Below, one piece after another: positions 57,699-64,000 of a stretch of DNA of 64,000 nt; positions within the stretch are counted from its first letter, which is position 1; each line of letters begins with the position of its first letter. Below the pieces are notes generated by a model. The model saw only the letters and a list, made by a program, of their open reading frames with translations, did no database searches and had not been told where the DNA came from. The stretch is from Dehalococcoidia bacterium (GTDB lineage Bacteria > Chloroflexota > Dehalococcoidia > GIF9 > AB-539-J10). The translations under genes were made by a program, and so were the position numbers. The stretch covers positions 20,303 to 84,302 of the forward strand of contig SKVJ01000039.1 in the NCBI GenBank assembly GCA_007129495.1, given 5' to 3'.

Positions 57699-59588
57699 TT
57701 AGACCTCCCTGAATTCACCTTCCATTGTTCCCTCGTCCGGTTCACCACCAGGGGCCTCAGGCCCTTCCGGGCCGGGCTGCTGATCGCCTTGTCCATACAC
57801 AGCGCCACCAGCCTTCTGAATGCTGTCAGACAGCGTTCCCATTGCACCCTTTATGGCTGACACGTCCTGTCCCTGCAGGGCACTGCGAAGGGCCGTGGTA
57901 TGGCCTTCGATCTCCTGTTTAACGTCTGCTGGAAGCTTATCGCCGTGGTCACGGAGGGTCTTCTCGGCGGTGTAGGCCAGGCTGTCTGCGGCGTTTCGGG
58001 TTTCCACCTCTTCTTTGCGCTGCATGTCCTCATCCGCGTGCCTTTCCGCCTCCTGCCGCATCTTCTCGACTTCTTCGTTGCTCAACCCACTTGAGGCTGT
58101 GATCGTAATCTTCTGCTCTTTGCCCGTACCCTTGTCGCGTGCACTCACGTTGAGGATTCCGTTGGCATCGATTTCAAATGTGACCTCAACCTGGGGCACA
58201 CCACGGGGGGCTGGCAAGATTCCGTCAAGAATGAATTTCCCGAGGGTTCGGTTATCTGCCGCCATCGGCCGCTCCCCTTGGATGACGTGAATCTCGACGC
58301 TGGACTGGTTGTCCGTTGCCGTACTGAATATCTGGCTTTTCTCGGTAGGAATGGTAGTATTCTTGGGGATGAGCGGTGTGGCAACCCCTCCAAGTGTTTC
58401 AATGCCGAGTGTCAACGGCGTCACATCGAGCAAGAGTACCTCGCCGACATCGCCCTTCAGGACTCCAGCCTGGATAGCTGCACCTAAGCCCACCGCCTCA
58501 TCAGGATTGATACCCTTGACAGGTTCCTTGCCGAAGAACTGTCGAATTACTTCCTGAACTTTTGGCATTCGAGTCTGGCCACCCACCAGAATTACGTCGT
58601 CGATCTGCGAGGCACTGATGCCTGCATCTTTGAGCGCCTGCTTGACCGGTTCAAGCGTTCGTTCGATAAGGTCTGCGGCAAGCTGTTCAAGCTTTGCACG
58701 CGACAGCGTCATCGTAAGGTGCTTTGGTCCACTCGCGTCAGCTGTGATGAAGGGCAGGTTGATCTCTGTCTGGGCTACCGTCGAGAGTTCCTTCTTCGCT
58801 TTCTCCGCCGCGTCTTTAATGCGCTGTAATGCCATACGATCCTGTTTCAGATCGATACCCGATTCCTTGCGGAACTCATCGCAGATCCAGTCCAGTATTC
58901 TCTGGTCGATGTCGTCACCACCAAGGTGCGTATCACCATTGGTCGCCTTCACCTGAAATGTGCCTTCCCCTATATCAAGTATCGAGATGTCGAACGTACC
59001 TCCGCCAAGGTCGTACACCGCAATAGTCTGGTCCCCTGTCCTGTCCATGCCGTACGCAAGCGACGAGGCGGTTGGCTCGTTGATGATGCGCAGCACATTG
59101 AGTCCGGCGATCGCTCCTGCGTCCTTGGTTGCCTGCCGCTGGCTATCGTTGAAGTATGCTGGTACTGTTATGACAGCGTCCGTCACCTTCTCGCCGAGGT
59201 AAGCTTCGGCGTCAGCCTTGAGCTTCTGCAGGATCATCGCCGAAATCTCCTGGGGGCTGTAGTCCTTGCCTCCCATTACAACCTTGCAGTCGCCATTCGG
59301 CGCTTCGACGATCTTGTAGGGAAGTCGCTGCGTGTCGTACTGAACGGCCGTGTCCTGAAACTTCCGGCCGATCAGGCGTTTGATGCTAAAGACCGTGTTC
59401 TCGGGATTGACGATCGATTGGCGTTTGGCTATCTCCCCGACGAGGCGTTCGCCGTTCTTGCTGATTGCAACGACTGACGGGATGAGATTCCCACCTTCGG
59501 CGCTTTGTATTATTTTTGGCTCACCGCCTTCCATGACGGCAACCACGCTGAGGGTAGTCCCCAGGTCAATTCCGATTGCTTTCCCCAT
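57699..59588 (-). CDS. dnaK: Chaperone DnaK
   Basis: [42 protein letters not shown]. Confidence 0.98.
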   Translation of the reverse strand: MGKAIGIDLGTTLSVVAVMEGGEPKIIQSAEGGNLIPSVVAISKNGERLVGEIAKRQSIVNPENTVFSIKRLIGRKFQDTAVQYDTQRLPYKIVEAPNGDCKVVMGGKDYSPQEISAMILQKLKADAEAYLGEKVTDAVITVPAYFNDSQRQATKDAGAIAGLNVLRIINEPTASSLAYGMDRTGDQTIAVYDLGGGTFDISILDIGEGTFQVKATNGDTHLGGDDIDQRILDWICDEFRKESGIDLKQDRMALQRIKDAAEKAKKELSTVAQTEINLPFITADASGPKHLTMTLSRAKLEQLAADLIERTLEPVKQALKDAGISASQIDDVILVGGQTRMPKVQEVIRQFFGKEPVKGINPDEAVGLGAAIQAGVLKGDVGEVLLLDVTPLTLGIETLGGVATPLIPKNTTIPTEKSQIFSTATDNQSSVEIHVIQGERPMAADNRTLGKFILDGILPAPRGVPQVEVTFEIDANGILNVSARDKGTGKEQKITITASSGLSNEEVEKMRQEAERHADEDMQRKEEVETRNAADSLAYTAEKTLRDHGDKLPADVKQEIEGHTTALRSALQGQDVSAIKGAMGTLSDSIQKAGGAVYGQGDQQPGPEGPEAPGGEPDEGTMEGEFREV

Positions 59589-59606
59589 CGTATTCCTCCT
59601 TGCTCC

Positions 59607-60149
59607 TTATTCCTCGTAATCAGTCGCTTCCGATGTGCCAACCACCACGTGGCTCGGACGTAGTACGCGGTCGTTCAGCGTGTAGCCCTTCTGCGCCTCT
59701 TCCAGTACAATGCCCTCTTCGCCCGGGCGCCGCATAATTGCCTGATGATATCTCGGGTCGAATGGTTGTCCAACTGCATTAATCTGTCGTAATCCTTCGC
59801 TTTCGAGGGCGGATTTCAGTTTCTGAAAGCTGAGTCTCGCGCCTTCGGCCCAGGCCGCCTTCCTCATTTCCGATGTGGGGCGAGAAAACGCACGATCGAG
59901 ATCATCCAGAGCACTCATTATCTTTGCGACAAGGGTGCTGTTCGCTATATCCATGGACTCGCGCCGCTCTTGCTGCGCTCGCCTCTTGTAGTTCTCCAGG
60001 TCTGCTTGTGCTCGCTGCCAATTGGCGAGATATGTCCTGGAGAGTTCTTCAGCCGTATGCAACTGCTCTATGAGAGCAGAGACTCTATCCTCAATTTCGG
60101 GAGATTCGTTCTCGGCGTTCCCCTCATATTGCTGTTCGTCCTGGTTCAC
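59607..60149 (-). CDS. grpE: Nucleotide exchange factor GrpE
   Basis: RAQADLENYKRR, FDPRYHQA, KGYTLNDRVLRPS.V.V; GTG start with AAGGAG SD. Confidence 0.95.
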   Translation of the reverse strand: MNQDEQQYEGNAENESPEIEDRVSALIEQLHTAEELSRTYLANWQRAQADLENYKRRAQQERRESMDIANSTLVAKIMSALDDLDRAFSRPTSEMRKAAWAEGARLSFQKLKSALESEGLRQINAVGQPFDPRYHQAIMRRPGEEGIVLEEAQKGYTLNDRVLRPSHVVVGTSEATDYEE

Positions 60150-60159
60150 GGGCGGCTCC

Positions 60160-61179
60160 TTATTGTGGCGCGGAATCACTGAGAGATTCACTTAGTAGCA
60201 ACGAAAGATAGTTGACCGAAGAGATTGCTTTGGTGTAGTCCATACGCTTAGGCCCCACAACTCCGATAACGCCACGGGAGTGTCCAGTGAGGCCGTAATT
60301 GCCAATCACAAGGCTGAGATCCTGCAGGGCCTCATCGCGGTTCTCCTGACCTATAATCACGCGAATCCCTTGTTCCACTGACTCGGAGCCGAGTGCAGTC
60401 TCCAGCCAGTCCTCGCGTTCTATCAGTCTCAACAAAGTCAGCGTTCTCTGGCTCTTGGCGAACTCGGGCTGGCTAAGGACCAGGTGTAGGCCTTCGAGAT
60501 AAGCCCTGCCCAGTTCGGGGCGGTCTTCTGCGCGCATCATGCTCGCAATCTGGGTTACGAAGTCTCGGTCCGGACCGGCCTGTGCGACTTCAGCAGCGAC
60601 ATCATTGCCGCTCATACCCGAGAACCTCGCGCCAAGTCTGTTCGAGAGTTCTGTAAGCTGATCCTGGGTGTGCGGCACAGGCAACGGGACGGTCTTCTGT
60701 CGCACCACAGCAGGCTCACACATGACGAGTATGAGAAGCGCCAGCATATCGTGCAGTGAAACGAGGTGGAGGTGTCGAAGAGTCGCTTTGGCCGCTTTGG
60801 GCTGTGTGACTAGTGCAGCATTATGCACGAAGTGCGCCAATAGAGTCGCGATTAAGCGTAGACGCTTGTCGAGTTCGTCACCTGCATCGTGGCAGACGCC
60901 GGCAATCAGTAGCTGGTCAGCAAGCGGTAGTTGTGCGTCGCGGCCTATTGATTCGACATAGAATCGATAGGCACGGTCAGTAGGAACCGACCCAGCAGAC
61001 GTATGCGGGCGAGTAACGTATCCATCTTCCTCCAGAGCAGTCACATCGTTGCGAATTGTCGCAGCACTCACACGGACGTCAGTGAGAGAGATTGTCTTCG
61101 AGGCAACGGGTATACCAGTCGCGACGTACTCGGTCACGATGGTACGCAAAATTGCCTCTCGTCTTGCTGTAAGTTCCAT
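60160..61179 (-). CDS. hrcA: Heat-inducible repressor HrcA
   Basis: ILRTIV.EY, PVASK, SAATIRN, PHTSAG.VPT, GPKRMDY. Confidence 0.96.
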   Translation of the reverse strand: MELTARREAILRTIVTEYVATGIPVASKTISLTDVRVSAATIRNDVTALEEDGYVTRPHTSAGSVPTDRAYRFYVESIGRDAQLPLADQLLIAGVCHDAGDELDKRLRLIATLLAHFVHNAALVTQPKAAKATLRHLHLVSLHDMLALLILVMCEPAVVRQKTVPLPVPHTQDQLTELSNRLGARFSGMSGNDVAAEVAQAGPDRDFVTQIASMMRAEDRPELGRAYLEGLHLVLSQPEFAKSQRTLTLLRLIEREDWLETALGSESVEQGIRVIIGQENRDEALQDLSLVIGNYGLTGHSRGVIGVVGPKRMDYTKAISSVNYLSLLLSESLSDSAPQ

Positions 61180-61205
61180 TAGCACTCTACCCCGTCGGCT
61201 GCTAA
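61179..61205. promoter_or_regulatory. CIRCE element
   Basis: TTAGCACTC-N9-GGCTGCTAA, 2 mismatches to TTAGCACTC-N9-GAGTGCTAA; overlaps the hrcA ATG. Confidence 0.92.
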
Positions 61206-61213
61206 TTTACGGT

Positions 61214-61242
61214 AATCTAACACGGTGATGTACCAGTGTCAA
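61214..61242 (-). promoter_or_regulatory. sigma70 promoter of hrcA-grpE-dnaK
   Basis: TTGACA-17 bp-TAGATT just upstream of CIRCE. Confidence 0.8.
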
Positions 61243-61265
61243 AGCAGCGTTGGCTCACGCTGCGG

Positions 61266-61294
61266 TTGACCGAACGAATGGTCGGTAGTATAGT
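61266..61294 (+). promoter_or_regulatory. sigma70 promoter of glyA
   Basis: TTGACC-17 bp-TATAGT, 9 nt before ATG. Confidence 0.75.
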
Positions 61295-61303
61295 ATCGTT
61301 TCG

Positions 61304-62563
61304 ATGAACCCGGGGGCTCAAGCCGATTCGCTTCGATCTTTCGATCCCGAACTCGCCTCATTAATCCAGCGTGAACATGAGCGGCAGTCCAGCACCATCG
61401 ACTTGATTGCCTCTGAGAATCACGTGAGCCACTCGGTTCGTGCCGCATTGGGCAGTCTGCTCACTGACAAGTATGCCGAAGGATATCCCGGCCGCCGATA
61501 TTACAGCGGTTGTGGTGTGGTTGATGACATAGAAACGCTCACAGTAGATCGGGCGAAAGCAGTCTTCGGCTCTGAACACGCGAATGTTCAGCCTCACTCC
61601 GGAAGCCAGGCTAACTTCGCCGTCTATCAGGCACTCATCCCCCCCGGTTCCACGATTCTTGGCATGGACTTGAGTCATGGGGGGCACTTAACTCACGGCG
61701 CTGAGGTGAGTTTTTCCGGAAAGTTCTTCCGGTCCATGACATATGGTGTCGACCGGAAGACGCATCGAATCGATTACGATCATGTGCGTGCCCTTGCATT
61801 GCACCATCGGCCCTCTCTCATTATTGCCGGTGCCAGTTCGTATCCGCGCATAATCGACTTCTCCATTTTCGGCGATATTGCCCGGGAAGCCGGTGCGCCT
61901 CTGATGGTGGATGTGGCACATATCGCAGGATTGATTGCAGGCGGCGTACATCCATCACCTGTCCCAGTTGCGGATGTCGTGACCGGTACCACCCAGAAGA
62001 CCCTGCGTGGCCCACGAGGTGGCTTCATTCTGAGTAAGGCCAGCCACTCCTCCAAGATAGACTCAGCGGTGTTTCCGGGCAGCCAGGGCGGCCCACTGAT
62101 GCATGTTATCGCCGCGAAGGCGGTGTGCTTCCGAGAGGCGCTGTTGCCATCCTTCTCGGAGTATGCACGGTCGATTGTAGAGAATTCACGCATTATTGCC
62201 CAACAAGTCATGGACGAAGGCCTGCGGGTCATAAGTGGAGGAACGGACAACCACCTCGTGCTCGTCGACCTCGCATCCCTTAATATCACAGGCAAAGAAG
62301 CCGAGCTGGCGCTTGAGCGCGCAGGTATTGTTGCCAACCGCAACAAGATACCCTACGACACTCGTTCTGCGATGGTGGCAGGTGGGCTCCGGGTAGGTAC
62401 CGCCGCGATCACTACGAGAAATTTCGGTGTGGATGAAGTCGTCACCATCGCCCAGCTTATCTGCCAGGTCTTGCGGGATCCGTCCAGCGAGAGTTTGCGA
62501 GCGCGGGTTCAGTCCCGTGTGCGGGAAATGTGTGAACGTCATCCTATACCCGGTGCTGATTGA
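61304..62563 (+). CDS. glyA: Serine hydroxymethyltransferase
   Basis: LIASEN, KYAEGYPG.RYY, NVQPHSGSQAN, GGHLTHG, TTQKTLRGPRGG, QGGP. Confidence 0.97.
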   Translation: MNPGAQADSLRSFDPELASLIQREHERQSSTIDLIASENHVSHSVRAALGSLLTDKYAEGYPGRRYYSGCGVVDDIETLTVDRAKAVFGSEHANVQPHSGSQANFAVYQALIPPGSTILGMDLSHGGHLTHGAEVSFSGKFFRSMTYGVDRKTHRIDYDHVRALALHHRPSLIIAGASSYPRIIDFSIFGDIAREAGAPLMVDVAHIAGLIAGGVHPSPVPVADVVTGTTQKTLRGPRGGFILSKASHSSKIDSAVFPGSQGGPLMHVIAAKAVCFREALLPSFSEYARSIVENSRIIAQQVMDEGLRVISGGTDNHLVLVDLASLNITGKEAELALERAGIVANRNKIPYDTRSAMVAGGLRVGTAAITTRNFGVDEVVTIAQLICQVLRDPSSESLRARVQSRVREMCERHPIPGAD

Positions 62564-62657
62564 TGGCAACAATCGTGGCGTGCTGGCGCGGACAACACCG
62601 GGAAGTACGGGTGATACAATGCTTGAGCGACTTCTTCGTGGTTGAGGTGCCTTCTAA

Positions 62658-63596
62658 ATGAACGAACTCAAGGTCTTTACGGGGAATGCTCATCCGGCCT
62701 TAGCGAAAGCTGTCTGCGATTATCTGAGAATACCGGTCGGCAAGAGTGAGGTATTCGAATTCTCCAACGAGAACACTTTTGTGCGCATTCTGGAGAATGT
62801 CAGACAGCGGGACGTCTTCGTTATTCAACCCATCTGCAGGCCGGTTAATACGAGCATCATCGAACTGTTGATCATGCTCGATGCATTGAGGCGGGCATCT
62901 GCCGGTCGTATAACAGCAGTAGTTCCTTACTACGGCTACGGGCGTACCGATAAGAAAGATCAGCCGCGTGTCCCGATCACCGCACGGCTCGTAGCTGACT
63001 TACTGACTACCTCTGGCGCCAATCGCATTCTTACCGTTGATCTCCATGCACCGCAAATCCAGGGATTCTTCACCATACCGGTGGATGAACTCACAGCAGA
63101 AACGTTGCTGAGTCAGCATTTCCGTAGCAAACAGCTGGAAGACCTGGTGGTAGTTGCGACTGATATCGGTATCTCCAAACGCGCAAGGGATATCGCTGCC
63201 AATCTGGGCGCATCGCTGGCTATCATTGAGAAACGACGCCTCGGTAACAGTGAAGCGGCAGAAGCTCTTAACGTAATCGGCGAAGTTGCCGGCCGTACCG
63301 CGCTGACCGTGGATGATGAGATTGACACGGCTGGCTCACTTGTTGCCGTCGTGGACACTTTGCTCGCGAAGGGAGCCCGGGAGGTGTACGCGTGTGCTAC
63401 ACATCCGGTTCTGTCAGGCGAGTCAATCGAAAGGATACGCTCGTGTCCTGTGAAAGAAGTCGTGGTGACTGACACCATCCCTGTCAGGGACGGAAAGGCA
63501 TTGGACAAGGTTACCGTGTTGTCGATGTCCTCCCTTCTAGGTGAAGCGATCCACCGCATCCATACCGGTCTTTCAATCGGTGCGATGTTTGAGTAG
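62658..63596 (+). CDS. prs: Ribose-phosphate pyrophosphokinase
   Basis: PYYGYGR.DKK...[24 protein letters not shown]. Confidence 0.96.
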   Translation: MNELKVFTGNAHPALAKAVCDYLRIPVGKSEVFEFSNENTFVRILENVRQRDVFVIQPICRPVNTSIIELLIMLDALRRASAGRITAVVPYYGYGRTDKKDQPRVPITARLVADLLTTSGANRILTVDLHAPQIQGFFTIPVDELTAETLLSQHFRSKQLEDLVVVATDIGISKRARDIAANLGASLAIIEKRRLGNSEAAEALNVIGEVAGRTALTVDDEIDTAGSLVAVVDTLLAKGAREVYACATHPVLSGESIERIRSCPVKEVVVTDTIPVRDGKALDKVTVLSMSSLLGEAIHRIHTGLSIGAMFE

Positions 63597-63625
63597 CCCG
63601 GCCAATCAGAGGTAAACTAGTTGCA

Positions 63626-64000
63626 GTGGCAAACTTAGCAACACTTATCGGCCGAACCTTTGGCGGTCTATTCGATTCCAACGAGAAACAACTCAAGAAG
63701 GTCGAGTTGTCGGTGCGTCTTATCAACGAGCTTGAGCCCGAGTTCAGCGCGTTGAGCGACGAAGGACTTGCTGCGACGACCTCTGATCTTCGTGCCCGTC
63801 TTGCAGCCGGAGCAACGTTTGATGACATACTGCCCGAGGCTTTTGCTGCGGTGCGGGAAACTTCACGGCGCACAATCGGCCTGCGTCACTTCGATGTGCA
63901 GCTTGTTGGCGGGGTCTTTCTCCATCAGGGGCGAATTGCTGAGATGAAGACCGGTGAAGGTAAGACCCTGGTTGCGACGCTGCCGCTCTACCTGAACGCG
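63626..64000 (+). CDS. secA: Preprotein translocase SecA, N-terminal part (runs off window)
   Basis: Manual translation: ...[50 protein letters not shown]. Confidence 0.96.
   Translation, partial: MANLATLIGRTFGGLFDSNEKQLKKVELSVRLINELEPEFSALSDEGLAATTSDLRARLAAGATFDDILPEAFAAVRETSRRTIGLRHFDVQLVGGVFLHQGRIAEMKTGEGKTLVATLPLYLNA

Noticed and set aside
193-63873. Many long antisense or alternative-frame ORFs (e.g. 193-1095, 15573-16472, 28517-29446, 55314-56057)
   Set aside because: They overlap well-supported genes, lack motifs, and are expected shadows in GC-rich coding DNA.
1-64000. CRISPR arrays, insertion sequences, prophage or defence genes
   Set aside because: No regularly spaced direct repeats, transposase or integrase motifs, or phage genes were seen by eye.

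Overview
Gene-dense core-chromosome segment of an anaerobic bacterium, most consistent with Chloroflexota/Dehalococcoidia (an inference from gene styles such as PurS-fused PurL, split glutamate synthase, NrpR and CIRCE-hrcA). No transposases, prophage or CRISPR array were seen. The main feature is a ~30 kb block (about 20-49 kb) that appears to be organised by a shared substrate rather than by pathway. It gathers glutamine amidotransferases of many unrelated pathways (purL/purQ, purF, carA, pyrG, pdxT, Gln-dependent nadE, hisH/hisF, gatB and gatCA, GltB1) around glnA, gdh and a modular glutamate synthase. Two nitrogen regulators of different lineages sit in the block: an actinobacterial-type GlnR, with a clear GlnR-box array upstream of glnA, and an NrpR, with a candidate palindromic operator over the predicted start site of the glutamate synthase operon. 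The flanks carry argJ (partial), 2-oxoacid:ferredoxin oxidoreductase, yebC-ruvC-ruvA-uvrB, pepA, rnc, tRNA-Gln, tRNA-Glu, trpS, an EF-G paralogue, gltX-etfBA, dksA-lspA-rluA, hrcA-grpE-dnaK with CIRCE, glyA, prs and secA (partial). Several start codons were re-chosen by eye and are approximate.
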